Source of the DNA: Candidatus Entotheonellaceae bacterium | GTDB lineage: Bacteria; Tectomicrobia; Entotheonellia; Entotheonellales; Entotheonellaceae | NCBI GenBank assembly: GCA_965238075.1 | Contig: OZ250173.1 | Coordinates: 1,440,001 to 1,504,000, forward strand | DNA: 64,000 nt | Reading direction: 5' to 3' | In this document: positions 41,803-51,893 of the stretch, one piece after another | How positions within the stretch are numbered: position 1 is the first letter of the stretch | Layout of the letters: each line of letters opens with the position of its first letter | Program-made: the position numbers and the translations under genes | Notes under the pieces: generated by a model | Told to the model about the DNA's origin: nothing | The model's input: only the letters and a program-made list of their open reading frames with translations | Database searches by the model: none

Positions 41803-42240
41803 ATGAGGGTGTACCTTGGCAACTGCTGTTTCAATCGCCCTTTTGACGATCAAGGGCAGGCGAGGATTCGACTCGAAACAGAAGCCAAACTGCACAGCCA
41901 AGAGAATATCCGAAACGGTGCGTTGGAACTGGTATGGCCATACATTCTGGGCTTCGAAAACGGGGCAAATCCTTTCGAGGAAAGACGGGCGGCAATCGCC
42001 GGATGGAAGCAAGCCGCGATGATCGACGTTGAAGAATCTCCGGCAATTTTCCTGAAAGCGAACACACTGGTTGACATCGGATTGAAGCCGAAGGAGGCTC
42101 TGCATTTGTCGTGCGAAATAGCCGGAGGATGCAGATATTTCCTGACGACGGAGGACGAAGTCTACAGGTACGGTAAGCAGCAGGTGCGGGAGATCACGGT
42201 GTCCGATCCAACTTCTTTTGTTCGTGAGATTGACCTATGA
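41803..42240 (+). CDS. PIN-domain toxin-like protein with degenerate active site
   Basis: MRVYLGNCCFNRPFDDQGQARIRLETEA..KPKEALHL..FLTTED; the family usually has YLD, DALH and TTD. Confidence 0.8.
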   Translation: MRVYLGNCCFNRPFDDQGQARIRLETEAKLHSQENIRNGALELVWPYILGFENGANPFEERRAAIAGWKQAAMIDVEESPAIFLKANTLVDIGLKPKEALHLSCEIAGGCRYFLTTEDEVYRYGKQQVREITVSDPTSFVREIDL

Positions 42241-42446
42241 GAACCGACACTGAAATACGGGTGCACGGATTTCGAGCCCTGATCGACGGCTTGGGCGCCG
42301 TAGAAGCCGAAAGATTCATCAGTTTGATCCTGCGAGAGCCGTTCGATTACACGAAGTGGCAGAAACACCTTTGGGACGATAAAGGCGTGGCCGAGATAAG
42401 CAGTGCCGCCATGAAGTCACGAAGGACATCGGCGTCAGATATTTGA
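42237..42446 (+). CDS. Small putative antitoxin partner of the PIN protein
   Basis: ATGA overlap with the PIN stop; G.RAL...LG.VEAERFI.....FDYTKW motif. Confidence 0.75.
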   Translation: MRTDTEIRVHGFRALIDGLGAVEAERFISLILREPFDYTKWQKHLWDDKGVAEISSAAMKSRRTSASDI

Positions 42447-42517
42447 AGCGATGGACGAACTTGTTTTGACAAGCGGTAACTGTCAGAGCCCATACCCGGA
42501 GGTACGCACCCTGGCTC

Positions 42518-43036
42518 ATGGATCCGAATCCATCTGCAGGACAGCCCGACACGCGGCTGAAATTCATACGCGTCGTCGGGGGCGTGGCGGCAGCCTTGGT
42601 GATAGCCGTGGTGGTCGGCACGTACGCCGCACCGCATGCGGGCCGCCTGGCGGACATCGTTCTGAACCACACTTGGCATCGTGATTGGATGCGTTTGACC
42701 TTGCCCGCCGATGAGGCGTTCTTCGATCTCTCAACCCCGTTTTTGGCCGTGCGCAGTTATTACAGCGCGCTATACCGGGGCGACGCGTCGCGTTTGACGG
42801 AACTGACCGTGGGGCCATTCCGCGAGGAGCTGCGCTTGCGTCTGCAGCACGCCGAGGCGCCGTCCGGCGCGGACCGCCTCGTCTACCGCAGTTACCTGTT
42901 CACGGTAATGCAAGGCGGCGGACGGGCGGTGGTGACCGAGAAGTTCCACCTCTTCTGGCAGCGCGGCCTGCGCCTCCAACTTCTGCGAATGCGTACCGGC
43001 TGGTCCATTACTAGCGTAACCCTGGTGCAGCAATAA
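42518..43036 (+). CDS. Hypothetical membrane-anchored protein
   Basis: N-terminal TM helix; GGAGG upstream; fits between co-oriented genes. Confidence 0.65.
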   Translation: MDPNPSAGQPDTRLKFIRVVGGVAAALVIAVVVGTYAAPHAGRLADIVLNHTWHRDWMRLTLPADEAFFDLSTPFLAVRSYYSALYRGDASRLTELTVGPFREELRLRLQHAEAPSGADRLVYRSYLFTVMQGGGRAVVTEKFHLFWQRGLRLQLLRMRTGWSITSVTLVQQ

Positions 43037-43068
43037 CAAGCCTGCCTTGCCATGCCACGGAGCGGTGT

Positions 43069-43866
43069 ATGCCCTTCGTCGACACCCACTGCCATCTTGA
43101 TGACCCCGCCTATGCCGACCTCGCCGCCGTCTGCCGCCAGTCCGAGCAAGCCGGGGTGGCGGTGACCGTTGCAGCGGGCACCGGGCTGGCTTCCAATCGC
43201 AGCATTTTGGCCTTGCAACAGCAACGACCGGCGCGTGTATGGGCGGCTTTGGGCTTGCACCCGGAGCGCACCGATGCGTCCTGGACAGAGGTAGAAGCGG
43301 TGCTCGACCAGTTGCGGGCGCACCGCGACCGGGTGGTGGCCTTGGGCGAAGTCGGCCTGCCGCACTACGCCCTGCTGGACCGCTCCATGACGGCCGAGCA
43401 GGCACGGCGGCACGAAGCCTTTCTGCACGCCTTGGTGAAGGGCGCCGTGGCGTTGGGTCTACCGGTCGTCCTGCACGCGCCGCACGCCGCTGCCGACAAG
43501 GCTCTGGCCATCGTGCGACGCTACGAGCCGTCCGGCGCCGTGTTTCACTGGCACAAGGGCAGCCCGGGGACGACCGCGGCCATCTGCGAGGCGGGTTACT
43601 TTGTGTCCGTGACGCCGGAAGTCTGCTATCGGGAGCGCGACCGTGAGCTGGTGCGGGTGACGCCGCTTCGCAACCTGCTGCTGGAGAGCGACGGCCCCTG
43701 GCCATACGGCGGCGAGTTCGCCGGCCAACCCACGACGCCGGCCATGGTCGTACGCCTCGCCGCGGAGGTGGCGCGCCTCAAAGGCGTGTCGCTGGATGAG
43801 GTGCGGGAGGAGGTATGGCAAAACGCCCAGCGCCTCTTTGGCTGCGGCGAGCCAAGATTTGGTTAG
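43069..43866 (+). CDS. tatD: TatD-family metal-dependent nuclease
   Basis: DTHCHL, GLHPE, LGEVGL, VVLH, VFHW, LESDGP. Confidence 0.92.
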   Translation: MPFVDTHCHLDDPAYADLAAVCRQSEQAGVAVTVAAGTGLASNRSILALQQQRPARVWAALGLHPERTDASWTEVEAVLDQLRAHRDRVVALGEVGLPHYALLDRSMTAEQARRHEAFLHALVKGAVALGLPVVLHAPHAAADKALAIVRRYEPSGAVFHWHKGSPGTTAAICEAGYFVSVTPEVCYRERDRELVRVTPLRNLLLESDGPWPYGGEFAGQPTTPAMVVRLAAEVARLKGVSLDEVREEVWQNAQRLFGCGEPRFG

Positions 43867-44099
43867 GCCCTCTCACTGATTTCGGCGGGTGCCCCATCCT
43901 GTTCGTGGTGCGGACGGACGGCGGTTAGTTCTGGGCGGTAAGTTCGGAACTGCGGTATCGGATCTGAACTTGGGGCTGTGGGGCGCGCTTTTCAGTCCTG
44001 CCTTTGCCACAACTTTCGCAGCGGAAGTTTATCTCTTTCCTGTAGCGCGAAGGGAATTTACCGAGTGAAACCGCGAACGGGCCGTCCGGCTCCGTACTT

Positions 44100-44310
44100 G
44101 ACACGGAGACGGCAGCAGCGGGTTTTCGCACCTGGCTTGCAGCGACCCCGATGGTGATGGAGAACGCATCGCCGCAATCTACCAAAAAGGTGGGACGTAG
44201 AAACCTATCACAAGACGCTCAAGAGCCATGCAGCGCTTGCCAAAATATGTCCTGAACTTGACTTCAGGGTTGCCAACGAAGACAGTACAGACGCAGGGCA
44301 ATCATTCTCA
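44100..44310 (+). mobile_element. DDE transposase remnant (IS701/IS4-like), frameshifted
   Basis: LACSDPDGDGERIAAIYQK / WDVETYHKTLKSHAALAK / TVQTQGNH reconstructs the Y..RW.VE..HK.LK signature. Confidence 0.65.
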
Positions 44311-44480
44311 CGGTTCATGGCCGAAATAGCCCTCATCCAATGTTTAACAGGGGAGTGATCCGGTCCCTCGACGAACGCCAACTCTTTTGCTATGCTCTGC
44401 GCCCATCATTCCGAAATCGCGGTTTCCGCTGGACCTCCAAACAGCGTTCTGATTCCTTCAGGGATAGGAAAATCATAGAC

Positions 44481-45881
44481 ATGCGGCGCGTGATATTTTG
44501 TCAGGAGCAGATGTTTCTGGCGCAGGGATGCCTTGCGCTTTCAGACGACGATACGGTGCTTTACGTGGTGGATGACAAAGCTTTCGAAAGCCGCCTTGCC
44601 GAGGCGGGATACGACGCGCTGTGTGGTGACTTTCGCGATCCGCGCATTTATAAAAACGCCCACATCGGGCAGGACGATCAAATTCTCGTGCAGGTGCAGG
44701 ACGAGGCGTTGATGGGGGACATTGTCGACAACTTATGCCGCATTGCCAAACCCCCGTCGGTGGCCGTAGTTACGGCCAACGGCGCCTCCCCAATCCTGCC
44801 CCCCAGCGTCAAGCACATCTCGGTCGGACGCCTCCTCTGCCAAGACTCCCAGCTCAAACTGCAGCACGCCCGTGAGCACCAAAACGTGCAGCACTTGCGG
44901 GAAGCCCTGTGCGAGGCCGACGACCTGCTGATTCTCATCCAGCACGACCCGGACCCCGATGCCATCGCCAGCGCCATGGCCCTGCGCACCCTTCTCGGAC
45001 GCAACCGCAAGACCGCCGCTATTGGCTCCTTTGGCAAGGTGACGCGGCCCGAAAACGTCGCCATGGTGCAGTTGCTCAACGTCAAGATCGAGCACGTCAC
45101 CGCCAAATCGATCGGCAGGTACGACGCCATTGCCATGGTAGACGTGCAGCCGCCTTACTTCGGCGACATTGTTCTGCCGCGTGTCGATGCCGTGGTCGAT
45201 CACCATCCGTGTGTGGGTAACTACGCCACCCGCTATCGCGACGTGCGAGCGGCCTTTGGCGCCACCGCCACCATCTTCGTGCGCTACCTGCAAGCGGTCG
45301 AGGCCAAAATTACCCAGCGCTTGGCCACGGCCCTGTATTACGGCATCAAGACCGACACCCTTTTCCTCGGACGCGAGACCACCAAGGCTGATATCGAGGC
45401 GTTCGCCCACCTGTATCCGCTTGCCAATCACGCGCTCATTCGCCGCATGCAGCGTCCCAAATTGCCGCTGCGCGATGTCGATGCCTTCGCCTATGCGCTG
45501 CGCAGCCGCACGGTCATCGGCCCTGTCTTTTTCACGCACCTCGGCATTGTCGAACGCGAGGACGTTCTGCCGCAGTTTGCCGAGTTTTGCTTGCACGTGG
45601 GCGGGGTGGAGTGGTCGGTGGTGTCGGGCATTTTCGGCGGCAATCTGATCGTCTCGGTGCGCAACGTGGAAAACGTCAAAAGCGCCGGTGAATTGGTACG
45701 CCACGCCTTTGGGCACCTCGGCAGCGCCGGCGGCCACCGCTCCATGGCCAAAGCCGTCATCCCCCTGGCCAATCTAGAACAGGCATTCGGCCGCCTCAGC
45801 GACGTCGAACTCAGCCAGTTCATTCAGCAGGAGGTCTCGCAACATCTCGGTGTCGGGACCCCCACCGCCGTTTTCGCCTGA
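44481..45881 (+). CDS. DHH/DHHA1 phosphoesterase (NrnA-like) with an N-terminal TrkA-N/RCK-like domain
   Basis: HDPDPDAIAS, MVD, VDHH, GIKTDT, GGHRSMA; N-terminal YVVD...L.EAGYDALCGDFRDP. Confidence 0.88.
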   Translation: MRRVIFCQEQMFLAQGCLALSDDDTVLYVVDDKAFESRLAEAGYDALCGDFRDPRIYKNAHIGQDDQILVQVQDEALMGDIVDNLCRIAKPPSVAVVTANGASPILPPSVKHISVGRLLCQDSQLKLQHAREHQNVQHLREALCEADDLLILIQHDPDPDAIASAMALRTLLGRNRKTAAIGSFGKVTRPENVAMVQLLNVKIEHVTAKSIGRYDAIAMVDVQPPYFGDIVLPRVDAVVDHHPCVGNYATRYRDVRAAFGATATIFVRYLQAVEAKITQRLATALYYGIKTDTLFLGRETTKADIEAFAHLYPLANHALIRRMQRPKLPLRDVDAFAYALRSRTVIGPVFFTHLGIVEREDVLPQFAEFCLHVGGVEWSVVSGIFGGNLIVSVRNVENVKSAGELVRHAFGHLGSAGGHRSMAKAVIPLANLEQAFGRLSDVELSQFIQQEVSQHLGVGTPTAVFA

Positions 45882-45894
45882 AACGCCGCCCGAC

Positions 45895-46824
45895 CTACTC
45901 CGGTATTACCCGCAACAACGCCTTGACGACTGCCGCCGAGTTACCCGCCGCCAGACCGAGAAAAACCTCGATCTCGCCTTGTCCGCCGCCTGCCAAATCG
46001 GACAGGCGGCGGACGGCGATGAACGGCACGTTGTTCGCATAGGCCACGTGCGCCACGGCGGCATTTTCCATGTCCAACACACGGGCGCCAAACGTCTTGA
46101 ACGTGTACTCGCGAAACGCCGCGTTGTCGATAAAGGCGCCCCCCGACACCCCAGGGCCGCCGATGACGGCCTTGGGCGGCCGCTGCAGACAGGCGCCGTC
46201 CGCCCGGCAACGGTCGAGCACGACATCCGCAACCACAGCGCGGGCATGGGCCAGCAGCGCATCATCCACCGGAAACCAGAAGCGCGTCTCGGGCGCCTCG
46301 GCGCTGGCCCGCTGCACCGTGACCGAGCGCGGGAACATCGTGCCGAAATTGGCGAACGGGTAGTCGAAGAACGGTGGCTTGGCCCACCCGCCCTCGACCT
46401 CCCGAGCAAAGAGCACCTCAAGATACTGGCCCCAACGATCGGCGATCACCACGTCGCCGATGTGCAACGCCGGATCAACGCCGCCCGCAATGCCCGAGAA
46501 AACGATCCGGTCGATCGTGAAGTGGTCCAAGGCCAGCTGCACCGTCATCGCCGCGTTGACTACGCTGATGCCGCTCAGGAACAGCACGACGCTTTGTCCT
46601 TCCAGAGTCCCGGCGACAAATTCGACGCCGTTGATCGAATGCACCGTTTCGCTGTCCAACTCCCCCCGCAGCACCGACATCTCCGGCGCAAAGGCGGACA
46701 CCACGGCGATCCGGCGGACATCATCCTGCCTGTCGTGCGCCACCGCCGGTAGCGCCCAACCGGCTAATACCAACGCCACAATGACCAAGCCGCCGGTCAG
46801 CGCCCGTACCCTCCATTCCGTCAT
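45895..46824 (-). CDS. Exported MTA/SAH nucleosidase-like protein (PNP_UDP_1 family)
   Basis: Signal peptide ending AVA; IAVVSAFAPE, SGISVVNAA, FSGIAGG, DMENAAVAHVA, SDLAGG. Confidence 0.88.
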   Translation of the reverse strand: MTEWRVRALTGGLVIVALVLAGWALPAVAHDRQDDVRRIAVVSAFAPEMSVLRGELDSETVHSINGVEFVAGTLEGQSVVLFLSGISVVNAAMTVQLALDHFTIDRIVFSGIAGGVDPALHIGDVVIADRWGQYLEVLFAREVEGGWAKPPFFDYPFANFGTMFPRSVTVQRASAEAPETRFWFPVDDALLAHARAVVADVVLDRCRADGACLQRPPKAVIGGPGVSGGAFIDNAAFREYTFKTFGARVLDMENAAVAHVAYANNVPFIAVRRLSDLAGGGQGEIEVFLGLAAGNSAAVVKALLRVIPE

Positions 46825-46841
46825 TGTCGCCTCCTTTTGCA

Positions 46842-47696
46842 TTACCCTAGGGCCGCCAGCACGGCGGGCAGCGCCAGAACCGCTTCCTGCAGACAAGCGC
46901 GCAGGCGCGCGATATTCGCCTCGTCTTTGGCGGGGACCTCGCCGCGCGACACCTGGGCGATGAATTCCTGCCGCGGGGTCGTCATCAGCAGGGAAGCATT
47001 GATTTCCAACTGAACGGCGTGCTGCCGGTCGCCGATTGGCTTCCCATAGGTCACCACCAGATTGCCGCCCGTATACCCGCTGACGTTGTGATGCACCTCG
47101 AAGCCATGGCGCGTGAAGATGGTTGCGATGGGTTCTACCAAGGCCTCGTCGCACGTCGCGCCCCGCCGGGTTCCAATGATGATCTCGTAATCTTTCATGC
47201 GCCGCGGGCTGCCCGTGTGCCCGTCGATGAGCAGGGCGTATCCGTAGGCGGCGCGAATCTCGCCGAGCAGACGTTCGAGCGTGGCGTAATACGGGTCGTA
47301 ATAGGTCTTCAGGCGGGCTTCAAGCTGCTCCGGCGTGAGCGGCTTGGCAAAAATGGGCGCGTCGCGGATGGTATGCGTGCGAACCACGCCGCGATGCGAA
47401 CGAACTGCGTCGCCCTGCATCTCGAAATCGTTGCGGCGGCGGTTCACGTCCACAAAGATGCGCGACAGCGGCGTTGCCAGCACGGTAGCGCCCTGCTGGT
47501 GCAGGTCGGCGTAGAGGTCGCCGACGAAGGTATCGGCGAATCCGTAAACGAAGGTTTCAAACCAGGGTTCGCAGTAATCTTCGGCCGTCATGCCGGGCAG
47601 GGGTTGCGTGCCGAAGTGGGGAATGCTCACCAGGATGGGGCTGCGGGCCGGCCCGGCGGCATCGGGACATTTGACGATGGGAAACGCCTGCGTCAT
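46842..47696 (-). CDS. N-formylglutamate amidohydrolase family protein
   Basis: VSIPHFG, D..V..LY, SRIFVDVNR, YDPYY, IDGHT, YTGG, HAVQLEIN. Confidence 0.88.
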   Translation of the reverse strand: MTQAFPIVKCPDAAGPARSPILVSIPHFGTQPLPGMTAEDYCEPWFETFVYGFADTFVGDLYADLHQQGATVLATPLSRIFVDVNRRRNDFEMQGDAVRSHRGVVRTHTIRDAPIFAKPLTPEQLEARLKTYYDPYYATLERLLGEIRAAYGYALLIDGHTGSPRRMKDYEIIIGTRRGATCDEALVEPIATIFTRHGFEVHHNVSGYTGGNLVVTYGKPIGDRQHAVQLEINASLLMTTPRQEFIAQVSRGEVPAKDEANIARLRACLQEAVLALPAVLAALG

Positions 47697-49063
47697 CGGG
47701 CTTCCCGCAGGACCGGGATGGCGTGCGCGCCGTCGCGAATGAGCCCCAGGCGCGGCGGCCGGCCGAGGCGCTGTTGCCACGCCGCAACCGTTCGTTGGAT
47801 GGCTTTTTCAACCATCGGCCCCAGCGCGCTTTGGCCGCTGTAGGCGTATCCCGAGGTGAGGGGGAGTTTTTCAAGATCGCCGGCGCTGATGCCGTTTGTG
47901 CAGTAGATCAGCCCCGCCGGGCCGCCGACTTTCTCCAGCACCTTGCACCACATTTCCACTTCCCACTGATCCTTCTGCACGCTCGGGCGCTTGAACAACG
48001 CCGCGATGTAGTCGCGCGGGCACGGCAGGCTGCTCAGCAGGGCGAGTTCGTGCATGTATTCCACAGCACCGACGCCGTCGCTGCTGTTGGCCACCTGGAT
48101 GAGGGTGCCGCCGTCGACCAGGATGGGCAGGGCGCCGATGGCGGCCTTGGCGGCCTGGTAGTGATCAATGGTGGAATCAATGGTGATGAGCACCTCATAG
48201 GGCGCCGCGACCGGCACGCTGACGGCCTCGGCCAAGGATTCGGTGGCGCGCTCGAAGGCGAGCCGCCAGTCACCGGCGTACACGCCCGTCAGTTCCTTTT
48301 CCTCGTTCATGGTGACGTTGATGAGGAAATCGGCACCGACGCGCTGCGCCACCTCGGAGGCTTCGCGGTGGCAGGGATTGGCGTTGAGGCTCAGGTTGGT
48401 GGCGCCGGGGTCTTCCAGGAATTGCGGGCTATGGAATTTCTGCAGCGTTTCCAGGTTGGCCAAGCCGGGACAGATGGCCTTGCGGCCGCCCGAAAATCCG
48501 GCCATGAAGTGGGGTTTGATCTCGCCGGTGAGGATTTTGATATCGGCGTCGAGATAAAGTTTGTGAATCAGCACCTCGGTGCCGCTAGCCGTGGTGCCCA
48601 CGGTGCGCAGGGCGTCGCGGTCCGTCGCGCTGTGATCGAGAATCGGGTAGCGGGCTAGCACGTCGTCGCCGTACAGGCGGCATTTCTCGGCGTCGGTGGT
48701 GGCGCGGTGCGTGCCGGTAGCCACCAGCACGACAATGTTCTCCGGCAGCAGGCCCTGCGCTTCGAGGCTGCGGAGCACCGGGTGCAGGATGCTCGCTTTG
48801 CCGGTGTACGGAACGTCGGGCCGCGTCATGTCGGAAACAACCACGACGGCCGTGCGCTGCGCGGGTGCCTTATCGGGACGGGCAGCCTGGATGACGTCGG
48901 CCAGCGGCGCGGTACCGATGGGGGCGGCGAGTGCTTGGGCGATGGCACCGGCCGGGTCGGCCAGCGCGGCGGACGGTTGCGGCGCAGTGAGGATGTCCGT
49001 GCCTGCCGGCACTTCAAACGACACCGCCGGAACATCGATCTCCAAACGACAGGGGCCGGTCAT
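47693..49063 (-). CDS. larA: Nickel-pincer-dependent lactate racemase (LarA) family protein
   Basis: VSDMTRP, ATGTHR, KPHFMAGFSGGRKAICPG, KFHS, YQAAKA, DQW. Confidence 0.88.
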   Translation of the reverse strand: MTGPCRLEIDVPAVSFEVPAGTDILTAPQPSAALADPAGAIAQALAAPIGTAPLADVIQAARPDKAPAQRTAVVVVSDMTRPDVPYTGKASILHPVLRSLEAQGLLPENIVVLVATGTHRATTDAEKCRLYGDDVLARYPILDHSATDRDALRTVGTTASGTEVLIHKLYLDADIKILTGEIKPHFMAGFSGGRKAICPGLANLETLQKFHSPQFLEDPGATNLSLNANPCHREASEVAQRVGADFLINVTMNEEKELTGVYAGDWRLAFERATESLAEAVSVPVAAPYEVLITIDSTIDHYQAAKAAIGALPILVDGGTLIQVANSSDGVGAVEYMHELALLSSLPCPRDYIAALFKRPSVQKDQWEVEMWCKVLEKVGGPAGLIYCTNGISAGDLEKLPLTSGYAYSGQSALGPMVEKAIQRTVAAWQQRLGRPPRLGLIRDGAHAIPVLREAR

Positions 49064-49305
49064 ACCATCCCTCCTCTTGAGCCCGGAAAAACGCGCCCGC
49101 GACGGGCATTCAACGCAGCTGTCAGGGTGCTCGTTGTACCGACGGAACTCGCTTTTGTCAAGGCGACAGGCGCCGTCGGCGGCTTGACACGCCAACGCCG
49201 AGCGCCGTATGCTGCCGCACCGTTTCGCGGCACGGCCTGCTTGATTCCCACCGATGAAAGCCAACCGGACCAACACGATCAAAACCCAAGCCAGTGAGGT
49301 GCCCT

Positions 49306-50181
49306 TTGGATACGCTGACGAGCGTCATCGTTGCGAACGAACACATTTACGGCGTCGCCGCCGTCACGACGGCGCTGGTTGAGAAGGCCAGAGGCATTCA
49401 TGGCGCCTCGCCGACCGCGGCGGCGGCGCTGGGCCGGCTGCTGACGGGCGGCGCGTTGATGGGTTCGTTGCTGAAAGACGCCGCGCATCGCGTGACGCTA
49501 CAGGTGAGCAGCAAAGGGCCGGTGCGGAGCATTCTGGTTGAGGCAAATGGGGTGGGACAGGTGCGAGGCTACCTGGGGCAGCCCGCCATCAACGTGCCGT
49601 CACGCAACGGCAAGCTCGACGTCAGAGGCGCGGTGGGCAAGGGCATCCTGCACGTCATCCGGGAAACCGGCGCCTCCGAACCGTACAGCGGCACCGTGCC
49701 GTTAGCGTCCGGCGAGATCGCCGAGGATCTGGCGTCGTACTTTGTCCAGTCCGAGCAAATCCCCACCGCCGTATCCCTGGGCGTGTTCGTCACCCCCGAT
49801 CACACCGTGGCCGCCGCTGGCGGCTTCCTGGTGCAATTTCATGCCAGCATCGACGACGATCTGGTTGTTCACGTCGAGCAGGCCCTCGGCGCCGTGCCGC
49901 CCGTCACCACCCTCGTGCGCGAGGGATACGGCCCGCAAGACATCCTGCATCGCGCCGTCGGCGGCCTCGACCTTGAAGTCGTCAAACACGCCGCCCCCGC
50001 CTGGCACTGCGGCTGCTCCCAGGACCGCGTGGTTCGCGCCCTCCTCGCCTTGGGCCCGCAGCAACTCAGCCAACTCATCAGCGAACAGCCCGAAACCCAG
50101 GTGCGGTGCGAGTTTTGCGCCACCGAGTACACGTTTTCCCAGCAGGAATTGTCACAAATGATGGCGGACGCGATGGCGTGA
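49306..50181 (+). CDS. hslO: Hsp33 redox-regulated chaperone
   Basis: ALGRLLT, GEIAEDLASYF.QSEQIP, AGGFLVQ, CGCS...CEFC; TTG start after a GAGGT RBS. Confidence 0.95.
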   Translation: MDTLTSVIVANEHIYGVAAVTTALVEKARGIHGASPTAAAALGRLLTGGALMGSLLKDAAHRVTLQVSSKGPVRSILVEANGVGQVRGYLGQPAINVPSRNGKLDVRGAVGKGILHVIRETGASEPYSGTVPLASGEIAEDLASYFVQSEQIPTAVSLGVFVTPDHTVAAAGGFLVQFHASIDDDLVVHVEQALGAVPPVTTLVREGYGPQDILHRAVGGLDLEVVKHAAPAWHCGCSQDRVVRALLALGPQQLSQLISEQPETQVRCEFCATEYTFSQQELSQMMADAMA

Positions 50182-50192
50182 GAGCGGAGCGC

Positions 50193-51239
50193 TCAGGGTT
50201 CTACAGGTGCGATCATCTGCTCAGGGTCCGCGCTTGGAGCGGCAATTTGCAGGCCGGCCAGGCCACCAGCGACCCTGCCAAGGTGCGCGCGCAACTCGCT
50301 GCGGGAATTGTCGATCATCGTTAAGGCGCGAGAAAAGCGCCCATCCAGTTCCGCCTGCATGGACGCGATGCCGTCCTCAATGCTGCGCAGGCAGGCGTCG
50401 AGTTTCTGGGTGTCGACCGTCTGTGTCGACCGCAGCACGGTTTGAAAGACGAGCAGCAGGTAGGGCACGACCATACTGTAGCTGACCAGTGCGACGTTCC
50501 ACTGGAAAACATCGATCTGTACGCGGGTGCACAACTCGTAGACCGCATCGGGCACAGCGGCGATGCCGAAATTCACGGTCACGTTCGGGTCGATGTATTT
50601 TCTGACCTCCCTGGCCTTGTCCCGGACTGCGGATTCGATACGAGTCTTGATCTTCTGGCGCTCGTCCGGGTCTTCCGCAGCCAGGAATCGCTCAATGAGG
50701 TGCGTGGCCGGCCACTTGCTGTCGATGGGCAGCACGAGCCGGTTGGGCAGGCGCAGCCCGAACTCGACCGATTTGTTGCCCACCTGAAAATCCCGCACCT
50801 GCCACTCTGCCGGCAAGCGCGCGAACAGGGTTTCGAGGATGTTTTCCCCGGCGGCGCCCTTGCTTTGCGTACCGGCGATGACGGCTTCGAGCCGCTTGAT
50901 GGACTCGGCCGTCTGTTCCTCCAACCCCTGCCGGGCGTGGCTGTGCGTCTGAAGCTGGGCAACCCCCTCCTTGGCGCGCAAGAGTTGGTCGTGAATGACT
51001 GTTGTCGCGCTCATCAGCCGCGCCGTGGCGGAGTCTGTCTTGGCCATCCCGGTCCGCAGGTCGCCAATGCCCTGATCTACGCGGACCTGATTGTGCGCCA
51101 TGCCCGACACCCGCTCGTTCACCCCGCGCAGTTCGAGCTGGACGTTGTGCAGCGCCTTCAACACGACCCACAGAACTGCCAGCAGCACCACGATCACCGC
51201 GAGCAGTCCAAACCCAAGCAGCGTCCCGTTCATGGGCAC
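50193..51239 (-). CDS. rmuC: DNA recombination protein RmuC family
   Basis: N-terminal TM plus coiled coil; KGAAGE..LE, LPIDSKWP, KYIDP. Confidence 0.88.
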   Translation of the reverse strand: MPMNGTLLGFGLLAVIVVLLAVLWVVLKALHNVQLELRGVNERVSGMAHNQVRVDQGIGDLRTGMAKTDSATARLMSATTVIHDQLLRAKEGVAQLQTHSHARQGLEEQTAESIKRLEAVIAGTQSKGAAGENILETLFARLPAEWQVRDFQVGNKSVEFGLRLPNRLVLPIDSKWPATHLIERFLAAEDPDERQKIKTRIESAVRDKAREVRKYIDPNVTVNFGIAAVPDAVYELCTRVQIDVFQWNVALVSYSMVVPYLLLVFQTVLRSTQTVDTQKLDACLRSIEDGIASMQAELDGRFSRALTMIDNSRSELRAHLGRVAGGLAGLQIAAPSADPEQMIAPVEP

Positions 51240-51264
51240 GTCCTTTCGTCAGATCAACATGTCA

Positions 51265-51888
51265 TCACGTTGGCCGGATGTTCCACTGTTCGACCGCCCA
51301 TTGGCTGCCTCGCACGCGCAGGAAGCATAAGGCGCCCGTGGCAATCTTGATGCTGTGCTCACGCCTGAAACCCTCAAAATCGCCTGACAAATGCGGCGCA
51401 AAGCGGGCAATGCCGTTACTGGTCACGACGAGAGCCGTCCGGCCGCTGAAGGATTGGCGGCAGGTATCCCCAAAGGCCAGCCAGTCGTCGATGATCGCCT
51501 GTGGGTCGGCCCGCCAGCCGGGCGGCACCTTGGCGTGTTCGTTCCAGTCGCGGAGGGCCTGGTCGCCGATTCTGGCAACGACGGTGGACTCGGGCTGGTT
51601 CTCATCGGGGCCGTAGTCGATCTCGTTGAAACGTGCGTCGATGGTAATGGGCAGGTCGCATCCCAGAGCTTCCACGGCCAGCCGGGCGGTGTCGTAAGAG
51701 CGTTGCAGCGGCGCGGCAAACACTACGTCGGGCACCAATTGGTGGCGGCGCAGATAGTCGCCGATGCGCCTGGCTTGCGCCTCGCCGCTTGCCACGAGCG
51801 GCAGGTCGGTACGCCGGCCGACCCGTCTTGGGGTATCGCCGGGCGCGAAGGTGTTGCCGTGTCGGGCGATGATCAGGCGAGTGGTCAT
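51265..51888 (-). CDS. Histidine phosphatase family protein
   Basis: IARHGNTF, PLQRSYDTA, EIDYG. Confidence 0.9.
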   Translation of the reverse strand: MTTRLIIARHGNTFAPGDTPRRVGRRTDLPLVASGEAQARRIGDYLRRHQLVPDVVFAAPLQRSYDTARLAVEALGCDLPITIDARFNEIDYGPDENQPESTVVARIGDQALRDWNEHAKVPPGWRADPQAIIDDWLAFGDTCRQSFSGRTALVVTSNGIARFAPHLSGDFEGFRREHSIKIATGALCFLRVRGSQWAVEQWNIRPT

Positions 51889-51893
51889 GGAGG

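Noticed and set aside
43925-44185. 86-aa minus-strand ORF with CESC
   Set aside because: Its 5' half is antisense to the transposase remnant, it has no clear RBS and only one CxxC; at best a fragment.
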